In this document: one piece after another, positions 16,701 through 25,093 of the stretch
Layout: each line of letters begins with the position of its first letter
How positions within the stretch are numbered: position 1 is the stretch's first letter
Origin: a virus
Lineage: Duplodnaviria; Caudoviricetes
Length of the DNA: 30,240 nt
Virus record (IMG/VR): IMGVR_UViG_3300025653_000174
Location: 1 to 30,240 of that record
Strand: one strand, 5' to 3'
The notes under the pieces: model-generated
What the model was told of the DNA's origin: nothing
What the model saw: only the letters and a program-made list of their open reading frames with translations
Databases searched by the model: none
Program-made: the position numbers and the translations under genes

Positions 16701-19337
16701 GCAGCTAAAGCAGATCTTGAAGAGAAGTACGGAGAACTGTTTAACAAACTTCGTAAAGGTGAAGATCTCACTGAAGAGGAACTTCAAGGTCTTGATAACT
16801 TTGTTGAAAAGGTCTACGAAGCTCAAGGTGATTTTGAAAAGCTTGATGCTCTTGAAGTAACTGCTGATGCAGTTCTTGCTCGACTGCAGGTTGGTTCTCC
16901 CCTTAGTAACCCAGCAACTGTGTTCTCGATTCCTATCCAAGGAATCCCTGAAACAGCTCTTGAACTTACTGGTCAAGCAGTTGGAGGCACGATTACTGGC
17001 CGTATGGCTAAGTGGCTTGGTCAAACTGAGTTTGCTAAGGAAACCCTTGAAGAAGCCAGCTTGGCTGCAGATACGCTGCTTCAAACCCGTCACGTCATTG
17101 GTGAAGCTTTAGAAGCCACCTATAACCGTTTTGTGTACGGCAAAGCGATTACTGACCCAGCTCAAGTGGCTGATGCAGCTTATGAACTGCGTCGTGCTGG
17201 CGGTTTGAGGCGTGAAGAAGCTATCTCTCAGGATCTTGCTCAAACTCGTATCAATCTTCCGTTCTTTAACTACGTTATGGAACGAGCAGAGGGTGATGAC
17301 AAAATCTTTGACACCCTCAATAAAGCACGAGTCTTTACCAAGGTGTTTCATGATTACTTCATGCCTGGTGAAGCTTGGGATAAGCGGAGCTGGTTTGGTA
17401 AGTACATCATGGGTGCTACCACAACAGGTCTTCGTGGACTTGGCGTTGGTAAACAGAGCTATTACCCAGGTGGCGAGAACGTAAACCTCACGCTGTTTAA
17501 CCAGCTCTCAGCTGCTGCTGATGAGATGTCAACCTCACTCTTTGCTAACGCTCACGTCAGAGCTTTGGTAATTAAAGATGTTGATAACAAAATTGCTGAA
17601 GGTTTGATTGAACAAGCAGACCGTGCTTCGGCAATCTCAGAAGGTCTTAATAAAGAGATGTCGAATATGTATCAGCCAGTTCGAGCTGGTTTTGATCAAA
17701 ACGTCATTGGTTACTCAATCAACGAGGAACGTATTCTTAACTTGACCAGAGCTGTAAACCTGACAGAAGAACTGTCTGGTCCTTTGGCTAACGTTGCTGA
17801 TTCTGTAAACGCCCTTAGAAACAGCAAGAACCCAGCTTTGGCAGCGTTTGGGCGTGATGTGTTCCCGTTCCTTACCTCGCCTTTAAACGGCATCAAACGG
17901 GCTGCCATGATCGCTTATGGCGGTGAAATGGTTCAAGCCTCTGTTGACGCAGTACGTCTTGGAGCTAAAAGCCTTCCTGATGAAGTTACTAAATTCTTGC
18001 CACCTAAAGTTCGCCAAAACATTGTTGATTTTGAAAGTAAGTATCTAAGCAGCGATCCTAAAGTTCGTATTCGAGCTCAAGGTGCTTTGGCTCTTTCGGC
18101 TGGTGTCAACGCTCTTGCTTGGTTCCTTGTTCGAGACGGAAACCAAGACATCACTGCAGGTCTTGAAAACACCTATAGGGAAACTGAAGGGGCACGGGAT
18201 CCTTACACCTGGAAAATTGGTGGAATGATGCTTCCTTACCGGTATCTACCTGTTATCGGTAACACCATTGCGTTCCAAGCCAACATTCGAGATCTTCAAG
18301 AGTTTGCTCCAGGTCGAGACACTTCAGGTGCTTTTGCTTTAACCGTGGCAGCTCTTGCTAACACCATTCTTGAAACACCTGCAATTGCTGGTTTTGATCG
18401 CGTTGTAAAGGCTCTAACTACCGCAGGTACTGGTGATGTATCTCGGATGCAAAAACTGATCTCCGATTCTGTAGCCAAGGTTGGTGATCCTTATCTCAAT
18501 CTTCGTAAGGTTGCTGCTCAAGGTATTGATCCTCGTAAACCTGCAAGCCCAATCACTAGGTTTGCTCGTAAAGGTTTCTATGAACGAGGAAAGCTAGGCG
18601 AAAAAGGCATCAACATGGCTGACATTGGTAACACCATTGTTGATTCAGCTTTTGGAAGCTTTGGTATTGCTGCTGAGTACAGCCCTGTTGGTTTTATTGC
18701 TGACGCCGTAGCTAGCGCAATTAACCAAGATCCTGAGTTCCGCTCTGATTCGCGTAAAGCCCTTTGGTACGGCAAACCAGGAGCCACAGTCAACGCTAAC
18801 CACGCTGGTAAGTGGTATCCCATTCAAGCTGCTCTTGGTCGCTACTGGTTGTTCCCGGACAAACTAGAAGACGATCCTGTGGCTAAGGAGATGGTTTACA
18901 ACTTAGTTCCGCCTCCCAGAACTACTTTGTTTAACTCCGATGGGGTTGGTATTAACGCTTCAACTTTGAATCAATTTAATCATTTTCTTAATTCTGAGTT
19001 TGAATTTTATGACCCTACTTTTGATAAAACCTATAAAGGTGTTTACGGGTATTTAAAAGATCTTGTAACTAGCAAGAGCTACACCCAGTATCCTTCTGTT
19101 GATTCTCCGTTCCGTATGGGTGGTAGCTTGCCTCCTGCTTACGGTCTTGTTCAAGATCCTAATTGGGACCGTGAACAGAATATGCGACGAGTGATTCTTA
19201 AAGGAGAGGTTGATAGACTCATAAGTATTGCCAAGGAGCAATTCTTAATGGGCGATCTTCCTGATCAACGCTACAAAGCTCCCGCAGAAATGAAACAACT
19301 TGTTATTCAAAACCGCCTTGCAGGAGGCACCCGCTAA
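13764..19337 (+). CDS. Large internal virion protein (gp16-like)
   Basis: 1857-aa helical protein between the gp15-like gene and the tail fibre; FPFLTSPLN-type motif in the C-terminal third. Confidence 0.8.
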   Translation: MPYIPTRSGQSVFIKDPQEAQQRYQQEWGQASPAPVKAQPAPAAAPAAKPKPKRGFDLKEFLKSSPAGLYYEGMKRLGETIGKIPVPFGGGQTIGQEAPRVVADIPRQVVNAPIAAAEQLGAVTQGAAPAGLLGGPMTTGSLEADKQREVQKAKNAEAAIDALQKTGRDVQGFSYGIKPQTPIVGSLFSEDSEFVKKNIKPKTAIGQLASSVGAAIAFDAGVNKLTKATALAGKTVQTADKLVDIWKNKDLAAGARVMATYLIKDVLPESVQDAMFFMPQPPAALAKQLDEIQKLQTPEERIRAAEVLRATTPEEFNYAFEQFKNVSQGIAFTTGLRSTFMLANKFLSKATSNVPAAQALEEATQEALPVLRQEVEADGLVKANEIIQDKLGAVTSELYKKIDENVGKVAFGARAGAEAYLQKQQDLVPDLQRLQDELKAVPDVGQDRIATQAEIDSLQSVLGVKTPEQIVKKQQMLEERLIAYETAAAADPDWINKSTGTGRKRTKNSTKVRMAAQAAERLQQLQLLQTKLQQLDNVELDRAAKLSALEAKVAESKTAFTGFSTALNDARILVDKLDELNAERIGYLQNYNNILFKENRINEINTDYSLNDAFGLAYGELKDILNAAEAAVASDNINPDFARMFVQRVDEIHNKVIDNGGLAPVVPRVPEGVEVPPQAVEEVTQVAPKAPAPVANEVPVTKTDAGEIVVDTDTLGAERVMNESRAGSSAVRSGEEVIEETRRDLGIYQDPTDTIEQLEWFTRAKDNVAKEWDRVFKKTGSEEAANKAATALRNTNAVKYTSDFENAAALKAVFNTADRSFILPQQYAKSMRTLASFLGGNNQLRQISFFLEAAEFGKDIQNNLNKIQVPVAALDENATAVLASSRDLRKILRNEEVPGIDRITALDNFRLNFETFVANAKALNELMYGVGNALRQFSKGARLDFSRTDPKVLFSRLNQELASFGSNDDFASLLADKSKAAKADLEEKYGELFNKLRKGEDLTEEELQGLDNFVEKVYEAQGDFEKLDALEVTADAVLARLQVGSPLSNPATVFSIPIQGIPETALELTGQAVGGTITGRMAKWLGQTEFAKETLEEASLAADTLLQTRHVIGEALEATYNRFVYGKAITDPAQVADAAYELRRAGGLRREEAISQDLAQTRINLPFFNYVMERAEGDDKIFDTLNKARVFTKVFHDYFMPGEAWDKRSWFGKYIMGATTTGLRGLGVGKQSYYPGGENVNLTLFNQLSAAADEMSTSLFANAHVRALVIKDVDNKIAEGLIEQADRASAISEGLNKEMSNMYQPVRAGFDQNVIGYSINEERILNLTRAVNLTEELSGPLANVADSVNALRNSKNPALAAFGRDVFPFLTSPLNGIKRAAMIAYGGEMVQASVDAVRLGAKSLPDEVTKFLPPKVRQNIVDFESKYLSSDPKVRIRAQGALALSAGVNALAWFLVRDGNQDITAGLENTYRETEGARDPYTWKIGGMMLPYRYLPVIGNTIAFQANIRDLQEFAPGRDTSGAFALTVAALANTILETPAIAGFDRVVKALTTAGTGDVSRMQKLISDSVAKVGDPYLNLRKVAAQGIDPRKPASPITRFARKGFYERGKLGEKGINMADIGNTIVDSAFGSFGIAAEYSPVGFIADAVASAINQDPEFRSDSRKALWYGKPGATVNANHAGKWYPIQAALGRYWLFPDKLEDDPVAKEMVYNLVPPPRTTLFNSDGVGINASTLNQFNHFLNSEFEFYDPTFDKTYKGVYGYLKDLVTSKSYTQYPSVDSPFRMGGSLPPAYGLVQDPNWDREQNMRRVILKGEVDRLISIAKEQFLMGDLPDQRYKAPAEMKQLVIQNRLAGGTR

Positions 19338-22300
19338 TGGCTTTTGCATCTGTTACTTACACCAGTGCATCTGGTACGACCTTTGCTCTGACGAATAGTG
19401 ATGGCAACGCCATTGAGTATCTTCGTCAAAGTGATATCTCTGTAACCGTCAACGGTACGCTTCAAACGCTTACCACTGACTACACGTTCAACGCTGCTGG
19501 GACCGCAATTGTCCTTAACAGTGCAGTAAGCGGTGCAACGGTTGTTCTAAGCCGTGCTACCAGCATCACAGACGCCACGGTGAGCTTCACTGCTGGCTCT
19601 ACGCTGACTGCTCAAGACCTTAACAACTCTGACAAACAAAACCGTTTTGCTCTACAAGAGTTCTCAGACCTTTACGGTGGCTTGATCACAGGTACTGGAG
19701 ACCTTGAGGCTCTTGGTGGTTTTATTGGTAGTACTGAGACTTGGGTCTCTGATAACGCTCACGCAGCCACTACCGGAGCTATTGAAGCTCGTGTAGACAG
19801 CAAAATTGACGATGTTTTGACCGGTAACGTTGTTGCTGGTAACGCAATCACAATCACCGACGACAGCCCTGCTAGCGGTCAAATCACGATTGCTGTTACT
19901 GACGGTGCTATCGACACTGCAGAGCTGGCTAACAACGCAGTAACCACTGCCAAGATCACTGACAGCAACGTTACTACTGCCAAAATCAACGACTCAGCAG
20001 TAACCACTGCAAAAATCAATGATGCAGCTGTAACCACTGCAAAACTGGCTAACGATTCTGTTACCTCTGACAAGATCGCAGACGGCACCATTATTGCTGG
20101 TGATATTGCTAATAACGCAGTCACTACTGCAAAGATTGCCGACAGTAACGTCACCACAACTAAGATTGCTAACGGTGCAGTAACTAACGCCAAAGTAAAC
20201 GCTTCTGCTGCGATTGCTGGCACAAAGATCGACCCAGACTTTGGCAGTCAGACGGTTGAAACTACCGGCGTTTTTAGTGCCGCTGGTGGTGCGCAAGCTA
20301 CCCCGTCGATCACCTTTACTGGTGACCTAAATACTGGCATTTATTCCCCCGGCGCAGATCAACTAGCCATCTCGACTAATAGCACTGGGCGGCTGTTTAT
20401 TGATGCGAGTGGGAGGGTTGGCGTTGGCATTGCAAATCCTGGGCGTAGTTTTGTTGTTGATGGCGTCGATGACACCATTGTTGCTGCCTTCCAATCAACA
20501 GCGACAGGATGTGGTTTTGGTCTAAAAGACGGAACTACTACGGCAGACAATACAGTCACACTTCGTGCAATTGGAAATGACTTGGTTGCGAATGCAGGAG
20601 GCACCGAACGCCTCCGCATCACGTCAACCGGCGAACTTCAATTCAAAGGCAACGGAACAAACGGTTCTCCTGGTTCACCTGCAGTAAGTTTTAGCGGCTC
20701 TGCACCGTCCAACAGCCTTGTTATTATCTCGACAGGCAGGTTGGGTCTGGGGACTAGTGCTCCAAGCGCTGGATTAACAGTGGGGCTTGGTTCAACTTCA
20801 GTACCGGCGGCTGGTTCTTCAGGATCGTCTGGACCAGCAGCATTATTCGGTAATAGCGTAGGTTTGCAAACCTATGGTCTAGCAGTAGGCGCTACAACTG
20901 CTGGACTTGGTTACATCCAAGCGCAAAGAGCTGATGGAACTGCAACAACATATAACCTGACTATTCAGCCGAACGGAGGCAACGTCGGAATTGGCACTAC
21001 GAGTCCTGACGCTTTGCTGGATGTAGAGAATTCATCGGGCGCATCTGAAATTCAAATCAAGTCCCTTAATGCATCAGACTGTACACTTGCTTTTGGCGAT
21101 AATGCAGATACAGATGTAGGTCGGATTAGATATGCGCATAGTGCTAATGCAATGTTGTTTTTTACGGGAGCAAATGAGCGATGCAGAATCGACAGCTCCG
21201 GCAGGTTGTTGGTGGGCACGTCTTCTGACACAAGTGCGGCAAAGTTCATTGTGCAGGGTTTGTCCAGCGATAGCACTGCGCAGGGTCTCATCGACATCAG
21301 ACGCGGCACACGACCAACTGCTGCCGACACCGAGATTGGCAGTATTCGTTTTAAGTCGGGGGCTACCGATACCCGCTACGCACAAATTAGTTGTTTCAGC
21401 GATGGTGCAAGTTCTAGTGATCTTGACATCCCAGGCCGCCTCGTATTTTCTACGACGGCGGACGGAGCGTCTGCAGCGACGGAGCGGATGCGTATCACGT
21501 CCAGCGGGCAAATACAGGCAAACGGCTTAGGTACTGCCGCCGCCCCAATCCTTAGTTTTACCACTGACAATAACACCGGTATTTATTCTCCTGGCGCAGA
21601 CCAAGTAGCCATCTCGACTAATGGTCAGGGGCGGTTGTTTGTTGATGCGAGTGGGGATGTCCGTGTTGAAAAAACTGCTGCAGCTCAAACCGCTCTTTTT
21701 AGTGTAAAAAGCATTGGAGGTGGTGGAACAACTGCCAAGTACGCTCTTGATTGTGGATCTGGAACTGTAACCGGCGATCTTCTCGCTACCGCAAATGCCG
21801 ATGTTCTTGGGACCGGCGGATTAGTCCTTCAGACCACTACATCTCATCCGATTGTTTTTAGAACCAATAGCAGTGGCAATGAAATTGGTGGCAACGAACG
21901 CCTCCGCATCACATCGGACGGGAAGGTGGGTCTGGGGACTAGTAGCCCTGCAGCTGACTTACATTTAAGTAAAACAACAGGACCAGTATTTCGAATCGGT
22001 GCATCTGCAAGTGGTGGCAATAATGCCTCTACTGGGCGTATTGAGTTTTATGGGGGATCATCGGCTGGAGATGGACCTGGAATTAAAGCGGTAATTGATA
22101 CTGAATCGACAACAGTAACTAACCGAGATTTTAATCTGCTATTTAAGACTTCAACAAACGTAGGCTCTGGGGAACCATTGGAGCGATTGCGTATTAACGC
22201 AAATGGCAGGGTAGGGATTGGCACGACGTCGCCTGGCAGCGCACTGGAAATCGATGCAGCCGCCGCGACATCTCCGTTCATTGCCAAGATTAACACCGCA

Positions 22301-23167
22301 GAGGCTGCCCGTATCGACAGCTCCGGCAGGTTGTTAGTTGGCACGTCTACTGCGCTTAGCGGCAGTGTCTATGCAAACTTTAACAGTGGCAATGCTCTTC
22401 TGCAGGTAGTCGGCAACAGCAGCGGGACTCCCCGTGGCGCAACGTTTGCACTTGGAAGAAGTCAAGCTGCTTCTGCCATTATTGCCAATGATTTTATTGG
22501 TGGCGTTATCTTTAGTGATAACGCTTCTGCTGAGTTTGCTCACATTTTCTGTTTTGCAGATGCCGCAGCTGGTACGGGCGATCATCCGTCAAGATTAGTG
22601 TTCTCCACTACTGCCGACGGAGCGAACAGCCCGACGGAGCGGATGAGGATTGACAGTACGGGACGCTCTACTTATAACGGCACCGGGAGTATTGTTATCA
22701 GCGCAGAAACTAGCTCTTCTGCTGGCACGACCAATCTTCTATATAAAGGTAGGCACAGTTCCACCGGCCTTGGGTCTGGTACAGATTGCTTTGTTGTTTA
22801 CTCAAACGGCAACGTCGTCAACACCAACAACTCCTACGGCGCTCTCTCTGACATCAAGCTGAAGGAGAACATCGTTGATGCAAGCTCCCAATGGGATGAC
22901 CTGAAGGCTCTCCAAGTTCGTAATTACAACCTTAAGGAAGGTCAGACCCACACCCAAATCGGTCTTGTCGCCCAAGAAGTTGAACTCGTCTCCCCTGGTC
23001 TTGTCAGCGAATCTCCTGATCGCGACGAAGACGGCAACGACCTCGGCACCGTCACCAAGAGCGTCAACTATTCGGTGCTCTACATGAAGGCAGTCAAGGC
23101 GCTACAGGAAGCAATGGAGCGCATCGAAACCCTTGAGCAGCGTCTAAATGATGCTGGCATTGCCTAG
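19337..23167 (+). CDS. Tail fibre (gp17-like) with C-terminal intramolecular chaperone (peptidase S74) domain
   Basis: T7-type N-terminal anchor (YL..DISVTVNG...FTAGSTLTAQDLN), VTTAKI repeats, ERLRITSxG/GIGT modules, and the S74 pattern SDIKLKENI...IGLVAQEVE...VNYSVL. Confidence 0.93.
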   Translation: MAFASVTYTSASGTTFALTNSDGNAIEYLRQSDISVTVNGTLQTLTTDYTFNAAGTAIVLNSAVSGATVVLSRATSITDATVSFTAGSTLTAQDLNNSDKQNRFALQEFSDLYGGLITGTGDLEALGGFIGSTETWVSDNAHAATTGAIEARVDSKIDDVLTGNVVAGNAITITDDSPASGQITIAVTDGAIDTAELANNAVTTAKITDSNVTTAKINDSAVTTAKINDAAVTTAKLANDSVTSDKIADGTIIAGDIANNAVTTAKIADSNVTTTKIANGAVTNAKVNASAAIAGTKIDPDFGSQTVETTGVFSAAGGAQATPSITFTGDLNTGIYSPGADQLAISTNSTGRLFIDASGRVGVGIANPGRSFVVDGVDDTIVAAFQSTATGCGFGLKDGTTTADNTVTLRAIGNDLVANAGGTERLRITSTGELQFKGNGTNGSPGSPAVSFSGSAPSNSLVIISTGRLGLGTSAPSAGLTVGLGSTSVPAAGSSGSSGPAALFGNSVGLQTYGLAVGATTAGLGYIQAQRADGTATTYNLTIQPNGGNVGIGTTSPDALLDVENSSGASEIQIKSLNASDCTLAFGDNADTDVGRIRYAHSANAMLFFTGANERCRIDSSGRLLVGTSSDTSAAKFIVQGLSSDSTAQGLIDIRRGTRPTAADTEIGSIRFKSGATDTRYAQISCFSDGASSSDLDIPGRLVFSTTADGASAATERMRITSSGQIQANGLGTAAAPILSFTTDNNTGIYSPGADQVAISTNGQGRLFVDASGDVRVEKTAAAQTALFSVKSIGGGGTTAKYALDCGSGTVTGDLLATANADVLGTGGLVLQTTTSHPIVFRTNSSGNEIGGNERLRITSDGKVGLGTSSPAADLHLSKTTGPVFRIGASASGGNNASTGRIEFYGGSSAGDGPGIKAVIDTESTTVTNRDFNLLFKTSTNVGSGEPLERLRINANGRVGIGTTSPGSALEIDAAAATSPFIAKINTAEAARIDSSGRLLVGTSTALSGSVYANFNSGNALLQVVGNSSGTPRGATFALGRSQAASAIIANDFIGGVIFSDNASAEFAHIFCFADAAAGTGDHPSRLVFSTTADGANSPTERMRIDSTGRSTYNGTGSIVISAETSSSAGTTNLLYKGRHSSTGLGSGTDCFVVYSNGNVVNTNNSYGALSDIKLKENIVDASSQWDDLKALQVRNYNLKEGQTHTQIGLVAQEVELVSPGLVSESPDRDEDGNDLGTVTKSVNYSVLYMKAVKALQEAMERIETLEQRLNDAGIA
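19901..20200 (+). repeat. Ten tandem 30-nt (10-aa) repeats in the tail fibre shaft
   Basis: Units such as NNAVTTAKIT / DSNVTTAKIN / DSAVTTAKIN / DAAVTTAKLA in exact 30-nt phase from 19901 to 20200. Confidence 0.9.
20330..22645 (+). repeat. Paired direct repeats defining two tandem tail-fibre super-units
   Basis: 20330-20413 ~ 21572-21655; 20605-20622 = 21895-21912; 20742-20758 = 21927-21943; 21188-21223 ~ 22313-22348 (34/36); 21477-21490 = 22632-22645. Confidence 0.85.
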
Positions 23168-23249
23168 TAGTTCTACTCACTAGGCGGGCAACCGGCCATT
23201 TCCAATTGGTTGCAAACCTTTTAAACTAATTCAGAAACAAGTTTCACCT

Positions 23250-23579
23250 ATGACTACTCCCGGAATTGACTTTCCTTTTACTACTTGGAAAGTTGCCAGT
23301 ATGGAGCGCAACGTTTCGGACGGCGCAGTTTTTACTGTTCATTACACCGTGACTCGCTATAAGGATGGTGAGCAAGCTGGTGCTTATGGTTCTGTTGGAC
23401 TGGAAGCTCCTGATCCTGCTTCGATGATTCCGTATCCCGATCTCGACGAAAACACTGTAATTGGTTGGGTCAAAGAAAAGCTTGGTGGTGACGAAAAGGT
23501 CACTGAAATTGACGCAGCTCTTGACGCACAGATTGACGAGAAGCTTGCACCTACTAAAGCCTCTGGAGTGCCGTGGTAA
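23250..23579 (+). CDS. Tail-fibre-associated small protein (putative assembly or tip protein)
   Basis: 109 aa directly after the fibre, with W...ER...DG.V..VHY, IPY.DL.E..VIGWVK and the ending GVPW, a pattern typical of genes following such fibres. Confidence 0.75.
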   Translation: MTTPGIDFPFTTWKVASMERNVSDGAVFTVHYTVTRYKDGEQAGAYGSVGLEAPDPASMIPYPDLDENTVIGWVKEKLGGDEKVTEIDAALDAQIDEKLAPTKASGVPW

Positions 23580-23701
23580 GAAAGACTCTTAACGGTAAGC
23601 CCGTCAAACTACCCCCTAAGCCGAAGCAGACTACCCAAGGGTCTAGCAAGAACAGCAAGCCTAAACGGGGTCAGAAGGCTTATCGAGGTCAGGGTCGCTG
23701 A
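23573..23701 (+). CDS. Small basic protein ending YRGQGR (42 aa, not in ORF track)
   Basis: GTG start after GGAG: MVRKTLNGKPVKLPPKPKQTTQGSSKNSKPKRGQKAYRGQGR. The YRGQG ending recurs in small phage proteins. Confidence 0.75.
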   Translation: MVRKTLNGKPVKLPPKPKQTTQGSSKNSKPKRGQKAYRGQGR

Positions 23702-23921
23702 ACGCTGGGTTGGAGATTTCGATATACCAACCCTTCTCTCCAAAAACGCCATTTTCCTTAATTTCTATTTGCGGCTGAGGGTATAACTCTTCAGTCGTTT
23801 CTTTGTATTTGCGTATTTCTTCATTTAAATTTGCAGTTGTTTTTGCGGTTCTCCACTCATCAATAATCCAATTAAGAAAGTATTCAATAAGCTGGGTAAA
23901 GAACAGTTTTAAAGGTCCCAT
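23661..23921 (-). CDS. Hypothetical protein on the minus strand
   Basis: 86-aa ATG ORF with natural-looking composition (amphipathic N-terminus, charged helix); fills the otherwise empty AT-rich + strand gap 23702-23919. Confidence 0.6.
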   Translation of the reverse strand: MGPLKLFFTQLIEYFLNWIIDEWRTAKTTANLNEEIRKYKETTEELYPQPQIEIKENGVFGEKGWYIEISNPAFSDPDLDKPSDPV

Positions 23922-24045
23922 GCCGTTCGCCTCCGAACAACAGCGTAAGTACCTCTACGCTAAGAAACCAGAAGTAGCTCAGCAACTTGCCAAACACAAC
24001 AGCTCAAAAGATGGCAAGATGAAAAAAGGTTATAAAACTAAGTAA
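23920..24045 (+). CDS. Small basic protein (MPFxSEQQRKYL type, 41 aa)
   Basis: MPFASEQQRKYLYAKKPEVAQQLAKHNSSKDGKMKKGYKTK, with AAAGGT upstream; this is the 3' half of track ORF 23803..24045. Confidence 0.75.
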   Translation: MPFASEQQRKYLYAKKPEVAQQLAKHNSSKDGKMKKGYKTK

Positions 24046-24049
24046 ACCA

Positions 24050-24538
24050 ATGCCCATCAAACGCGGAGGCCAAACTCGTAGTAACGCGGGTCGCTACGCT
24101 CCTGAAGGCCAAGGAGCTACTCAACGAGGTGGACGTACTAGGACTCCTAGTGGTCGCTCTCGTCCCACTCAAACGGCTCGGCTTCCTCGGGCCAATATGC
24201 CGGGTACTGTGACCCCTTCAGGAGCTGCTAGAAGCCCTCAGGGTTCCGGTTTGAGCATCCTTAGTGATGTGATGAACGTCATGAGTTCTTTGCGTCGTTT
24301 CGGCCCTGCAGCAGCTGCTTATGAGGTTTCTAAACCTCGCCCTACGGCTGGTGGTACTTTGACTGAAGCTCGGAAGCGTGGTGACTATAAACCTCAACAA
24401 GGTCCTAAAAATCCTCAAGAGGGTATGACTCGTGCTCAGTCTTTTGACCAAGCGTTTTCTAAAGCTCGGGGTGCTGGCGAAAAGTCATTTACTTGGCGTG
24501 GTCGGACCTACAACACCAAAATGAAAGGAGAACGCTAA
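24050..24538 (+). CDS. Arg/Gly-rich basic hypothetical protein
   Basis: 162 aa with a disordered basic N-terminus and the C-terminal module SFDQAFSKARGAGEKSFTWRGRTYNTK. Confidence 0.8.
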   Translation: MPIKRGGQTRSNAGRYAPEGQGATQRGGRTRTPSGRSRPTQTARLPRANMPGTVTPSGAARSPQGSGLSILSDVMNVMSSLRRFGPAAAAYEVSKPRPTAGGTLTEARKRGDYKPQQGPKNPQEGMTRAQSFDQAFSKARGAGEKSFTWRGRTYNTKMKGER

Positions 24539-24639
24539 TGGCTGACAAGAAGAAAGGACCCTGCTGGAAGGGTTACGAAATGGTTGGTATGAAGAAGAAA
24601 GGCGGTAAACCCGTTCCCAATTGCGTTCCCAAGAAATGA
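24538..24639 (+). CDS. 33-aa basic peptide with CWKGY...PNCVP motif (not in ORF track)
   Basis: MADKKKGPCWKGYEMVGMKKKGGKPVPNCVPKK, with an AAGGAG RBS, TAATG overlap upstream and ATGA overlap downstream. Confidence 0.8.
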   Translation: MADKKKGPCWKGYEMVGMKKKGGKPVPNCVPKK

Positions 24640-24845
24640 AAAGCAAAAGCGGCTACGGAATGAAGAAGGACAAAGGCACCAAAATTGCTGGTAGTCCTAG
24701 TTTTGAGATCCGTCCAATTGAAATAGATCCTCCTCAGGAACCTGATGCAGTATCTAAACGAGCTTGGGAAAGGTTTACTCAAACTCCTGCGGGTGCTCGT
24801 TTAAAAGAGCGGGCTAGAAAAGTAGGCCAAAAATACAAAATCTAA
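24636..24845 (+). CDS. Small basic hypothetical protein (69 aa)
   Basis: ATG at 24636 overlaps the previous stop; TAATG overlap with the next gene. Confidence 0.7.
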   Translation: MKSKSGYGMKKDKGTKIAGSPSFEIRPIEIDPPQEPDAVSKRAWERFTQTPAGARLKERARKVGQKYKI

Positions 24846-25093
24846 TGGACCCAGCATTCGTCCTTTCCCTAGTTCTTGGTGCTGCTTCTGTGGGAGGCGG
24901 TATCTTTGCTTGGTCTACTCGCAAGCTAGGAGATCTTGACCACCGTATTGACACTGTTGAAATTACTGTGCATCGAGATTTTGTTCGAAAGGACGACCTG
25001 ATGCCGATGATTGACAGGATTGATCAGCAGGTTCAGCATATTGATGCAAAGCTCGATCGGATCCTGATCAATGGACGAAATTTCCCTTCGTGA
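24845..25093 (+). CDS. Membrane-anchored coiled-coil protein, putative holin/lysis accessory
   Basis: One N-terminal hydrophobic segment followed by heptads (IDRIDQQVQHIDAKLDRI); directly upstream of the putative lysin. Confidence 0.55.
   Translation: MDPAFVLSLVLGAASVGGGIFAWSTRKLGDLDHRIDTVEITVHRDFVRKDDLMPMIDRIDQQVQHIDAKLDRILINGRNFPS

Noticed and set aside
21052-21576. Several overlapping alternative-frame ORFs inside the tail fibre (and similar ones inside portal, gp12, gp15, gp16 and terL)
   Set aside because: Shadow ORFs fully within well-supported genes, with no motifs or translation signals.
20330-22650. Diversity-generating retroelement or invertase shufflon in the tail fibre
   Set aside because: No reverse transcriptase or recombinase in the window, the repeats are direct, and the mismatches are not adenine-specific.
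23803-23919. 5' extension of the + strand ORF 23803..24045
   Set aside because: TTG start, and it reads as the antisense of the minus-strand gene; the ATG at 23920 gives a recognisable small-protein start.
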